This document shows positions 39,120-48,590 of a stretch of 64,000 nt of DNA, one piece after another. The notes beneath the pieces are model-generated. The model searched no databases and had not been told where the DNA came from. It saw only the letters and a list, made by a program, of their open reading frames with translations. This stretch comes from Polyangiaceae bacterium (GTDB lineage: Bacteria; Myxococcota_A; Polyangia; Polyangiales; Polyangiaceae). Position numbers and translations under genes: made by a program. The stretch spans positions 21,204 to 85,203 of the forward strand of contig JANRKO010000038.1 in the NCBI GenBank assembly GCA_033763455.1. Direction: 5' to 3'. Each line of letters starts with the position of its first letter. Positions within the stretch are counted from its first letter, which is position 1.

Positions 39120-39992
39120 ATGGATCTTCGCACGCTTGAGGCCATTGTGCGCGGGCTTGCAACCCACATACCGCGCCCACGTAAAAGCGGCGGGAGTACT
39201 GCCTTGCCGCGTTATTGCTATACGGTGTGGGGCCGGCACCTAATCACCCTCCGCAAAATGGGCTGTACGCTCACCGATGCCAAAGTACTGGAGCTTGGCC
39301 CGGGCCATTCGCTCGGCAGTAGCTTGTGCGCGCTCTTCACTCTGGCTCGGGAAGCCCACGGCTTGGATCTTTTTGCTGTTCGGCAACCTGGCGCCGAAAA
39401 CAGGATGCTCCCCGAACTTTCCGCGATGTTCCAGAGAAGGGAAGATTTGCCAGGCCGCAATGAATTTCCGAAGGCAAAGCCTTACCTTGAAGACCTTGCG
39501 CTGCCAGACGGCGAGCCCATCCGCAACGTAGACCGAGCGGACCTGGAAAGCAGGCTCCGATATCACGTGGAGGAGATCCATACCTTCGGAGATGATGGCA
39601 GCTTCGATCTTATCTTTTCTCAGGCGACGCTTCAACATATCGAAGACGTCGAGGGTTACTTCCGAGCGTTCGCTCGACTGTTAACCCGAGGTGGCTGGAT
39701 GTCACATCAAATCGATTTTTCGTGCTTCGAAACCGCGAAACGCTGGAACGGGCACTGGCTCTACCCAGGCCCCCTCTGGCGCGTCATGCGCGGGAATTAT
39801 TGCCTCACCAACCGACGGCCGCTCTCCCATTACTTGGAGCTCGGTGACAGGTTCGGCTTCCGCTTGGTTGGTACGTTACCTACGCTCGACCGGACAGGCT
39901 ACCCGTACGAAGCGCGCCGCGCTTGGTGTCAGGACTTCACACAGGCCGACTTCGAAACAAGCGGCGCGATGCTGGTTTGGCAAAAGGAATAA
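39120..39992 (+). CDS. Class I SAM-dependent methyltransferase
   Basis: Motifs VLELGPG, FDLIFSQATLQHI and LLTRGGWMSHQIDF. Confidence 0.85.
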   Translation: MDLRTLEAIVRGLATHIPRPRKSGGSTALPRYCYTVWGRHLITLRKMGCTLTDAKVLELGPGHSLGSSLCALFTLAREAHGLDLFAVRQPGAENRMLPELSAMFQRREDLPGRNEFPKAKPYLEDLALPDGEPIRNVDRADLESRLRYHVEEIHTFGDDGSFDLIFSQATLQHIEDVEGYFRAFARLLTRGGWMSHQIDFSCFETAKRWNGHWLYPGPLWRVMRGNYCLTNRRPLSHYLELGDRFGFRLVGTLPTLDRTGYPYEARRAWCQDFTQADFETSGAMLVWQKE

Positions 39993-40076
39993 GACAGCGA
40001 GCACCTAGCCAGCAGCGCCGCGAAGATCAACGAACATGCGCGCGGCTCTGCCAATGCCAGTTGCGGCTCTGATCCG

Positions 40077-41168
40077 CTACTGAGAACACACAGTTTCAAA
40101 CAGAGCCTCCCAACGAGGAATGATCTGACGGGTGTCGAAGCGTTGCCGGATGCGTTCGCTCGCGGCTGCCGACATGCGCGCGCGAAGAGCCGCGTCCTGC
40201 AATAGCGTAACGGTGGCGGCAGCGAGCGCAGCAACATCTCCGGCCGGAGCCAACAAACCCGTGACTCCATCGTCGATCACTTCTTCACCGCCAGCGTGTG
40301 TGGCTACAACAGGCAGCCCTAACCCTTGCGCCTCGATGACCGCATTGGGCGAACCCTCGTGGTCGCTCGTTGTAAGCATTATCGTCGCTTTGCGCATGAG
40401 GGCGAACGGATTCTTCTGAAAGCCTAGCAGCTTGACGTGCGGCTCCAACCCCAAGTCCGCGAGTTGAGTGCGCGTGGTCGTGAGGAGGTTTCCATCCCCA
40501 GCAATCCAAAGTTCAGCGTCAACCTTGCGCCTCACCCATTCAAAGACCTTGAGTAGTAGATCGGGGCGCTTATCGAGTTGGAGCCTCCCAACCGCCAGAA
40601 TGATTGGCCGCTCAGTTGCAGTGGGCTCCCAAGGAACGTTCGCCAACGTGTCAATGAACTCAAAGTCAGCCGGATTAGGGATCATTGTGGTCCTACCCCT
40701 TGCAAAGGGATAAACATATTCCAGCTCGCGTTGCATGCGGAGAGAGTTGGGGGCAAACTGATCAGCGTCGCGAACGAACGCATGCGAAAACAGCTTGCGT
40801 GCCACACCGTCGTGATACCGGGGACTTGTGCCAATCCGGGCCACCCACCTTGGCCGCATGCGGGTGAGGCGCAAGGCGCACCCCGTAATGATGTTGGCGG
40901 AGGTGAGAGTGCTAAGGAGCAATTGCGGGCGCAGTTTGGATATTAACCCAGCGAGGCGGTGGATAATGGCGGGCCCGGTGGCGGGGCCGTCGTAGCCAAG
41001 GCCATGGACTGGCACGTCTTCGGGCAAGGGGAAGGCGATATCATTGCGCATCAAGGCAAGTTCTGGCGAAAAGCGCGAACGATCTAAGTGAGCCACCAGG
41101 GTTGCGGCAAAACGCTGAGCGCCGCCGCGCGCCATGGATGGGCTAACGACAAGTACTCGCACCTTCAC
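40077..41168 (-). CDS. Glycosyltransferase family 4
   Basis: Motifs GGAQR, VGRL..DK and EGSPNAVIEA; GTGA overlap with the upstream gene. Confidence 0.9.
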   Translation of the reverse strand: MKVRVLVVSPSMARGGAQRFAATLVAHLDRSRFSPELALMRNDIAFPLPEDVPVHGLGYDGPATGPAIIHRLAGLISKLRPQLLLSTLTSANIITGCALRLTRMRPRWVARIGTSPRYHDGVARKLFSHAFVRDADQFAPNSLRMQRELEYVYPFARGRTTMIPNPADFEFIDTLANVPWEPTATERPIILAVGRLQLDKRPDLLLKVFEWVRRKVDAELWIAGDGNLLTTTRTQLADLGLEPHVKLLGFQKNPFALMRKATIMLTTSDHEGSPNAVIEAQGLGLPVVATHAGGEEVIDDGVTGLLAPAGDVAALAAATVTLLQDAALRARMSAAASERIRQRFDTRQIIPRWEALFETVCSQ

Positions 41169-42985
41169 AGGGTACCTGTTCGAGAGGAATGTTGGTTGGG
41201 AGGGAGCCACTCGGTCATCGCACGGAGGGCGCCTGTTAGCATATTTCGGGGGGCGCGTTCGAAACCATCCAAGACTTCAATGTGCCCGTCGCAGTCGTAG
41301 GTGTGCGTGCCGAGGCAGCCGTCGAACCAATCCGCCTCAATGGTACCTACTTCGTGCTCGGCGTAGTGCTCCTCACTGAGCTCATCAATCTGGTGCAGGA
41401 TGATCCGGCCTCCATAACGTTCGGAGGAATCTTGCCCTGGCCGAATCAACGCTCCATTTCGTAAAAAGACACGCCCCCCAGGCCTGGCTCCACGTACGTT
41501 TGAAACCAGCGGGTTCTGCGGATGGCGAGTAAATGGCCCGAACGGGTTGCGTGAATAGAAGAGGTGGAGCTCATCGGCGGCCGAGGTCGCACCCTTGGGC
41601 GCGATGTTCGCAAGGATCCAGAATCGGTCGTTAGCTTGAAACCATGTCGCATCCACTGCATCCAGGGAATCAATAAGCACGCGGTCGAACACCCATTCAT
41701 GAGGAAAAGCCAGCGCCCTCCAGAGCTCGATCCTGCGTTTTGCGCGGCGCTCGGGAATAATGTAGACCTCACCCTCCCACGTGAAGACGTAGGGATACGA
41801 AAGATGATCCTCAGTGGCGAACGCGACCTTCGGCTCCGTTACCTGAGAATTGGCCTCATCAATGCTCACCCAAGAGATCAATGCTCGGCCCTGTTTGCGC
41901 ACGTAATCCTCAAAGAACATGTACGTGCGCCCCTGGTGTCGCACGAGGGAAGGGTCGGCGTAGAACCTATCTCTGGGCGGGATTATGAAGTTGAACGGAC
42001 CAGGCGCGCCCCCACTCTGTTGAGCTGTCCGACGCCAACCAATTCGCCAGGACTTCTGAGTACTGAGATCGAGAGCCACACGCTTCGCTGCGCGGCGGGC
42101 AAACTCGCCGCACCAATCAATGACCTCTGCACTGCTTGGAGGTGGGCTCTCATGAAACCCAGCTTGTATGGGCCCTTCACGAAAGGTCGCGAGAGATTCA
42201 ATTGCCCCCCAGCCACCCGTACGGAGCGCGCTCAAACGGCGCAGCGCGAATTCCGATGCTTTCCAATAGCCAAGGTTCTGATTCATGTGCAGCGAGAACT
42301 CATGCAGACGGGAAAATGAACGATAAATGGTTCGCTTCTCGCCATTTTCGAGCGTCACCAGTAATTGCGTGATGCCAACCCGGCGCCCATCAAGCATTTC
42401 CCTAAATGCAGTGGACGCGCGCCCGAATCCCGGCCCATCGCCGAGCTCTAGCGACCAAATCCCGTACTTGGCGTGGCGTGCGAGGGCCGCCGGAACATCT
42501 CCCTGCAAATCCAAGAGCACATCAAGCGCTGCATGCTTCAACCTGCCCTCCGCCGTGCCATACCCGTCTTCGGACAAGGGCAGCAAGGGCAAAGGTCGCA
42601 GCATTTCGGATGCGTCTTCTTGTTCGAAGGCGTCCGTGGTGCCGCCCAGGCTCTTGGTCAGCTTTCGGTCCAACCATTCATACGCTTGAAACAAGCTCCC
42701 GCGTCGCCCTTGCGGGGAAGAACCGAAGAAGGATTTTTGCCTGGGCGTGTCACAGAGGACAACGAGAGCGCACTCCACGTCGCCGCTCTCCAAGATCCCG
42801 CGGATAACCTTAGCCTGCCAGGCACTCACGGTTTCGCCAGGGAGCACGACGCCGACACGAATGCGTGGATGCCCAGCAGCGGCACTCAACGACCCCTCAA
42901 CCTCCGAAACTCCTCGTGATTGCACCCCACTCCAACTCACTTCAGTAACCATCCTCGGAGCTTCCTGCCCAGACACTGCATCCAT
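41165..42985 (-). CDS. Polysaccharide-locus protein with a degenerate formyltransferase-like N-terminus and a GH43-like 5-bladed propeller C-terminus
   Basis: Motifs YGIWS, FYADP, HLSYPYVF, YIIPE, VDAT, HPQNP, RPGQD..YG and GTHT. Confidence 0.75.
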   Translation of the reverse strand: MDAVSGQEAPRMVTEVSWSGVQSRGVSEVEGSLSAAAGHPRIRVGVVLPGETVSAWQAKVIRGILESGDVECALVVLCDTPRQKSFFGSSPQGRRGSLFQAYEWLDRKLTKSLGGTTDAFEQEDASEMLRPLPLLPLSEDGYGTAEGRLKHAALDVLLDLQGDVPAALARHAKYGIWSLELGDGPGFGRASTAFREMLDGRRVGITQLLVTLENGEKRTIYRSFSRLHEFSLHMNQNLGYWKASEFALRRLSALRTGGWGAIESLATFREGPIQAGFHESPPPSSAEVIDWCGEFARRAAKRVALDLSTQKSWRIGWRRTAQQSGGAPGPFNFIIPPRDRFYADPSLVRHQGRTYMFFEDYVRKQGRALISWVSIDEANSQVTEPKVAFATEDHLSYPYVFTWEGEVYIIPERRAKRRIELWRALAFPHEWVFDRVLIDSLDAVDATWFQANDRFWILANIAPKGATSAADELHLFYSRNPFGPFTRHPQNPLVSNVRGARPGGRVFLRNGALIRPGQDSSERYGGRIILHQIDELSEEHYAEHEVGTIEADWFDGCLGTHTYDCDGHIEVLDGFERAPRNMLTGALRAMTEWLPPNQHSSRTGTL

Positions 42986-43085
42986 GGCTGACTTGCCAGT
43001 GGCAGCCTTTCACAGATGCACGGGAATCGCCATCCAAGGGCGCACTTCTACGAGACGCGGCCGTCGAATCCCCTCGGTCTACCGC

Positions 43086-45125
43086 TCACCGTGGGGCGCC
43101 GTTGTAAAGGGGCCAAGCCGTCCAACCGGGCTCCCTCACTTTGTCGAGTTCTCGAACATCGTCGTCGCGTTCTTCACGGAGCTTTACTACGTAGGGCTGG
43201 CCGTTGTGGCAGATTTCGCGGATGCCGGCGATGGAAAGCCAGGCATCTTTGACGGCAAACATGGGGCGACGATCTTTGTCGTCGATGGGTTCGTTAGTGT
43301 ATTCAAAAGCCCCGAAAATTTCGGTTCGACCTCCAGACGTAGTGCGGTAGCGCACCCCCTTGCCTTCGCTCTTGGTGCCCAACACCCAGAGATCAGCTCC
43401 CTGGTTGAGTGCCAACCCGGTATCGGAGTGGCCCTCAAGGTTCAGGTGCCTGGCCCACATGTGTTGCCCCTTCTGCATCAAACGCACACGCCCCGGTACG
43501 TCCGTCGCAAAGATGTCACCTGTGCCGGTGCCGAGGATTGCAACGCCGCTGCTTTCAACCACCAACGTGCGCGACCTAGAGCGATTCTCAAGCGTGATGG
43601 GGTCACCACCGAACGCATCGATGCCCTGAAACTTCACAACAGGTGCCGAATCATCCGTCACCACGAAACCTGCCCCAGGCGCCTCACCCAAGATGCGACC
43701 GAAGCCGAGCCCCAAGATGTGGCGCACGCTTCCCCTCACGAATACCTGATTTTTGAACGTGTAACCGTTCGGATCAGGGCCGCCGACGCCCCTAAAGTAC
43801 ACCGTACTTTTCCCAGATTTTGCGGCGCTATCGATGGCTTTCTGAAACGCCGCTGTGTCGTCCTGATCGTCCCCGGCAATGGCACCAAAGTCGTTCGCTG
43901 AAACCCATTTTTGGGTGTCGGTTTCCCAGGGAACATTGGGTTCAGTGGCGATGCGCAACCCCAGCGAAGATTTCGGCCCTTCATCGAATAGATTGAACAC
44001 AGCCGAGGAGAGGTACTCTATGACATCCGGCCCCTTGGCGCCCGGTGACTCCTCTGAGCTGTCAACAACCGCGCTATAACCTTCGGTGTGCACGTCGCGC
44101 GCATACAGCTCGCCAGCGTTCAGGATGGCGGGGCCACTTGGAACCTTGGTTGAAAAATGCCCACCCACAAGCGCCACCACACCAGCCCAATGGCCCCAAT
44201 CATTCGGGATAGTAATAGCGATCGCTACTGGGGTATCTACCACCGTCAGATCTTCAATCGCCACGGCGTTAGCTTCAACGGCGACCGCCTGTTTACGACA
44301 GTTCTTCACGGTAATGCGCGACAGCGTTTGCCCGTAAACCCACGACGCCACAATGCCCTTCTCGAACCCCTCCACCAGCACATCTTGCATCATATTCGGG
44401 CCACTTTGCCCAAGAAACGAGGAATTAATCCCAATGTTTCCGTTACCTCGCACGGTGACATTTTGGATGATGCCGCTGTTGGTTGCGTAATAACGAATAC
44501 CGTCAACTTTGGGATTATTGCCCACGTCAATCGTGAGGTTTCGAATATTGCGCATGAACCAGTCCGAAGAAGTATCACCGCTCTCGTTTGGGTGGGTTCG
44601 AAGCACTGAGGTAACATCCGAAACCCCGTCGTCGAGGCGCAACACAACACCCTCTCGCGATTGACCGTAGAGCCACGGCCCAAGTGTGCTCTTTACAATG
44701 AGCGCGCGCGTGAGCCGATAGGTGCCGTTGGGGATGTAGACCACACGGGTCGGATTGCCACTTCCCGCCTCTAGGGCTTTCTGGAGCGCTTCGGTATCAT
44801 CTGTTTTGCCATCACCTTTGGCATGGAACTCCGTGCGAACATTGATCACGGATGGATCGTTCGGGAAAACGACCTCCCCATAGGTTCGCACTTTGGAAGA
44901 CGCCACGCCTTGCTCCGGAACTGAGGCCGCTCTAGGTTTCAACCCAGAATTGCTGCTACCGACCGCGGAGGCGGGCTCCCCGGGACGAAGCTCTGCACGG
45001 TGTGGTGCTAAGCAAGCTCCTCCACCGATGAGACCCGCGAATAATAGGGCTACCAAGGCACGCCGGGGGCGATGGGCAGCCTCCAATCGTCTAACTCTAG
45101 GGCCAATTCCGAGGACTTTTGACAT
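43086..45125 (-). CDS. Pectate_lyase_3/GH55-like parallel beta-helix lipoprotein
   Basis: Two repeats, AKGDGKTDDTEALQKAL..VYIPNGTY and GAIAGDDQDDTAAFQKAI; lipobox GGAC. Confidence 0.85.
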   Translation of the reverse strand: MSKVLGIGPRVRRLEAAHRPRRALVALLFAGLIGGGACLAPHRAELRPGEPASAVGSSNSGLKPRAASVPEQGVASSKVRTYGEVVFPNDPSVINVRTEFHAKGDGKTDDTEALQKALEAGSGNPTRVVYIPNGTYRLTRALIVKSTLGPWLYGQSREGVVLRLDDGVSDVTSVLRTHPNESGDTSSDWFMRNIRNLTIDVGNNPKVDGIRYYATNSGIIQNVTVRGNGNIGINSSFLGQSGPNMMQDVLVEGFEKGIVASWVYGQTLSRITVKNCRKQAVAVEANAVAIEDLTVVDTPVAIAITIPNDWGHWAGVVALVGGHFSTKVPSGPAILNAGELYARDVHTEGYSAVVDSSEESPGAKGPDVIEYLSSAVFNLFDEGPKSSLGLRIATEPNVPWETDTQKWVSANDFGAIAGDDQDDTAAFQKAIDSAAKSGKSTVYFRGVGGPDPNGYTFKNQVFVRGSVRHILGLGFGRILGEAPGAGFVVTDDSAPVVKFQGIDAFGGDPITLENRSRSRTLVVESSGVAILGTGTGDIFATDVPGRVRLMQKGQHMWARHLNLEGHSDTGLALNQGADLWVLGTKSEGKGVRYRTTSGGRTEIFGAFEYTNEPIDDKDRRPMFAVKDAWLSIAGIREICHNGQPYVVKLREERDDDVRELDKVREPGWTAWPLYNGAPR

Positions 45126-45185
45126 CTCGGAACCCTACCACAGGATGCTCAGCCTATGCGACGGCAGGCCACTGCCGGTGCTTCG

Positions 45186-46232
45186 CTACCGTTCGAAGTG
45201 ATCCATCAGCGGTTGCCAGTCAGGCGTGCCCACAAGGAAATCCGGTGCGGCGCCTTCTTTGGCGCTGCTCAATGCAAAACCCGGCTCCCACACACCGAGA
45301 CGCAATTCAGTGCTCACACCTTGAAGTACGAGCACGGGAAAACGATAGGTCCCATAGCGGGTGCGGTACACGTAAGTTTCATACCGCCGCTTCACAGCGT
45401 GTGCGCTCTCTGCCCATATGCTTTTTCCGTTGGGCGAGGAGAGCGAAATATTTCCGCCGGCAAGCACGAAAGCGAAGCGTGGCTTCGGTCGCTTCGCCAG
45501 CAGAAACGTCCGATAGAGGCCATACCCGATGGCCAGCACGCTCACCAGCGCCGGCAGCCAGGGGGCCTTCTGCATCATGGTTTCACCCACCAAACCGCCT
45601 AAGACACCAACAAACGCAAGGGTAAGCAGCCAAGGAAGCATGCCTCGAAGTGCAGCAACGGCGCCCTCGTGCCGAACGACAGTAAACCTCAACGTAGCTG
45701 AGTCGCGCGCTTCGTTGGAGTCGACGTCAGCAATTCCGAGGCTCTTCAGCAACAAATCAAAATCGCCTGCGCTCACGAAGCAATCCGGAGCCGAGGTTGA
45801 GCCGTCACCCGTAGCACTACTGGGTAACGCCTTCCCCGCTGCAGCCACAATCAAGGCTCGGTGCGCACCCTCACTCGACGCAACAGAAAGCCGCACTGCA
45901 GCGCCATGCGTCGAGCCAAGCCCCGGCAAAACCCAAGGAACGCACTCGAAGCCCTCTATCTTGCCGCGAAGGAGCGATCTTGTACCTGTCTGGATATTGA
46001 GCGTGCGCCCATCCAAATCGAACTCAACGGAACGCATCCGGTTCCCAACAAACAGCCACACCAAAAGCGCAACTGTGGGTAGGCCCGTGTACGGAAGGTA
46101 CTCGACCGCATCCGGCTGCTGCGCAAGCACAGCAACCAGAAGCACAGTGCCACCCGCCAGCGCGTATGGGATCCAACGCCAGCGCTTGCTGCCAAAAGCT
46201 CCATGGGCTTGGGCGGTAATACGAAGCGTCAC
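45186..46232 (-). CDS. Hypothetical membrane protein with two TM-hairpin plus soluble-domain halves
   Basis: Four hydrophobic helices; both halves end in P-D-(C/F)-(F/L)-V. Confidence 0.65.
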   Translation of the reverse strand: MTLRITAQAHGAFGSKRWRWIPYALAGGTVLLVAVLAQQPDAVEYLPYTGLPTVALLVWLFVGNRMRSVEFDLDGRTLNIQTGTRSLLRGKIEGFECVPWVLPGLGSTHGAAVRLSVASSEGAHRALIVAAAGKALPSSATGDGSTSAPDCFVSAGDFDLLLKSLGIADVDSNEARDSATLRFTVVRHEGAVAALRGMLPWLLTLAFVGVLGGLVGETMMQKAPWLPALVSVLAIGYGLYRTFLLAKRPKPRFAFVLAGGNISLSSPNGKSIWAESAHAVKRRYETYVYRTRYGTYRFPVLVLQGVSTELRLGVWEPGFALSSAKEGAAPDFLVGTPDWQPLMDHFER

Positions 46233-46351
46233 GCGGAGGCTAGGTCATACGCAGACACGCCGGGAACCACCAGCCCTAACACGACCTGGGCCCCCTCCGG
46301 GCCAAATGCGCTTACGACTTTGGGGCCTGAGCCTTTCCGCCAGCCCTAACC

Positions 46352-47860
46352 CTATTTGAGCCGTCGACGCAGAACGACCGACGCCACCCCCGCGAGGGCG
46401 ACCGCCAGCCAACCAGAGCCTCCGCCACGTTGCAACAACCCATTGCTCACACTGCACCCCGATTTTGACCCCCTGCTCGGAGCCTCCACTTTTGGAGCGC
46501 CGTTACTCGAGCCACCGCCTACGGAGGCTGCAGGTGAAGGACCGCCATTCGCACCGCCGGTAGCCTGCGACGGCGGCTGAACGGAGCCGCTACCACCTGA
46601 GGAGGCACTGGGTGCAGTGGGTGTGCTAGGAGCGCCCCCCGCGCCTGGGTTCACGTTTGGTGCACCACCCGTGCTGGTATTGGGAACGCCGGGGGCTGGC
46701 GGCACAAAGGGAACGAGGGTTGCTCCCTGGGGGAGAGGAATATCTCCCACCTTGTAGGGCTCCGCGTGAAACATCGTGAGCTCCGCCTCGCCGCTTCCGG
46801 AGTGGGCGGCCGCGATGACAATGGCACTTGTATCTAGTGTGAAGGGGCCCGTGTAGAGCGTGCCAACATCGTTGAGAGCACTCGGAATGGAACCGTCCGT
46901 CGTGTAGCGGATCTCATCGGCGCCCACGCCCGCCAGAGTGATGGTGACTTGCCCAGCCGGGTGTTGACCACCTTCGGGCGAAAACGTCAGATACTCGTTT
47001 GGCCTAGAAGGCACACCCAGGCGCTGTGCGAAAAGCCACGGCACAAAACCCATTTGAGACTGCCGCTTCATCCCGCCAAAGTGTTGACCCCGCACGCCTT
47101 CGGTGAAGTAAGGCCTACCGCCTGCACGGGCGAGCGTCTCGAACATGAGCTTGTCACTGTCGTAGGGGACCTCATCGTCAATGTTATGGCTGGACCAAAT
47201 AGCCATATTGAGGAGACCAGGCACCGCTTGCGGCGAACCCCCACCATCCCAAGGTTGGCCCGCGGCGAACAGCTGCGGATAACGCGAAACAAACTCCCAA
47301 GCACCGTACCCCCCCATAGATCCGCCAATCACATAGATCCTATTGGGATCGATATTTGGGTACTTTGCCCGCATCGACGCAATCATCTTGATGGCTGTCT
47401 TGGTGGAAATGGACTCAGGAGTCTTGGTGATATCGTAGCTGTCCTTGTTGGCCCAATCCCAAATTACCCACGCAGCCGAATTCGGATCCTCATTGAAACT
47501 CGTTCCGGAGTTAATCGAACGCGGCGCCATCAAAAAAGCCGGGAAATTCGCCCGTGCCTGCGGATCCATCAAGGATTGCAGGTAGCAGTTCCAATCGAGC
47601 AGGTGGCCGTAGGTCCCATCCGTGCCTGAACCGCCGGCGCCATTCAGCATAACAACGAGCGGATACATCGTATTCGGATCGTTATTCTGGGGCTCCCAGT
47701 AGTCGCATTGCATGCCGTCTTCGCTGCAACTCTTGATCGTTGCTAGCGGGATTTCGATTTGCTCCTCACCGTCCTTGCAGATGGCGTGGGCAACGCTCGT
47801 GTAGAGGCTGAACGCTAATGGGACAAAACAAGCTGTAACTGCTGTAACACGGAATTTCAT
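46352..47860 (-). CDS. Secreted alpha/beta-hydrolase (esterase-like) with an Fn3/chitobiase-like domain and MYXO-CTERM anchor
   Basis: Motifs YPLVVMLNGAGG, IDPNRIYVIGGSMGG and IRYTTDGS.P..YTGP; C-terminus GCSV..WLAVALAGVASVVLRRRLK. Confidence 0.85.
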   Translation of the reverse strand: MKFRVTAVTACFVPLAFSLYTSVAHAICKDGEEQIEIPLATIKSCSEDGMQCDYWEPQNNDPNTMYPLVVMLNGAGGSGTDGTYGHLLDWNCYLQSLMDPQARANFPAFLMAPRSINSGTSFNEDPNSAAWVIWDWANKDSYDITKTPESISTKTAIKMIASMRAKYPNIDPNRIYVIGGSMGGYGAWEFVSRYPQLFAAGQPWDGGGSPQAVPGLLNMAIWSSHNIDDEVPYDSDKLMFETLARAGGRPYFTEGVRGQHFGGMKRQSQMGFVPWLFAQRLGVPSRPNEYLTFSPEGGQHPAGQVTITLAGVGADEIRYTTDGSIPSALNDVGTLYTGPFTLDTSAIVIAAAHSGSGEAELTMFHAEPYKVGDIPLPQGATLVPFVPPAPGVPNTSTGGAPNVNPGAGGAPSTPTAPSASSGGSGSVQPPSQATGGANGGPSPAASVGGGSSNGAPKVEAPSRGSKSGCSVSNGLLQRGGGSGWLAVALAGVASVVLRRRLK

Positions 47861-48590
47861 AGACGATTCCTCGACCGCACCATATCGGTGGCATTGCCAA
47901 GGTGAGGTAACATGGCGGAGGCACGGCTGCCATATCGTATTCGCAACAACCAGCGTGAACTGCCAGCCGTTACTCGCCTCACGCGTATCACTTTCTGCTC
48001 TATTATTCTCCTATTCTGCTCTTCGTGTCGCCATGCTGTTCTTGGCGTCTCCAACCGGATGACATGCCTCAATTCCGCGCTCACCCCCCTTCTGAACACA
48101 TATTGAATCTGAAGACACCCACAGTTCCCGTGGCGGATACCTGAGCCAGCCTATTCAAGGCTATGACGTTAATCCGTAGCTACAACAAGCAAGAACCATC
48201 CGACTCGACCAATGGGTCCGTGATCGAAGTCGCCTGCACATGGCCCTGCGACCCTGGCACCCACCTTGTAGGTGCGTGTTGCAGGAGCATCCTTTCCGGG
48301 GCGCTTTTCGGCCTTATGTCGCTGTACGTGAATGTTCCAGGCCTCGTTGGTACACCAACGAGCCACGCTACCTCTAACATCGCGCGCCATCACAAGCTTG
48401 ACGTACGTTGCGTGCCGTCGCTCACGCACGAATGCAGTTGCGACTTCCACCAAAAGTGGCAACTTACAAAGTCACTCGCGCAAGAGGCTAAACTTCAATT
48501 GTGCAAAGCAGGATCGAACAAGACTTCGCTTGAACAGGGCCAGGATCACCTGATTTTAACTGCTAACTTGGTGGGAGAAAGGTTGTCGCT

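Noticed and set aside
42747..43901. 384-aa plus-strand ORF, and similar long antisense ORFs at 5510-6421, 45529-46359 and 58053-58931
   Set aside because: Antisense shadows of well-supported genes in a GC-rich genome; no motifs of their own.
47861..48590. ORFs 47912-48106 and 48163-48603, or an ncRNA, in the long intergenic gap
   Set aside because: No RBS, motif or strong structure; best read as a divergent promoter region.
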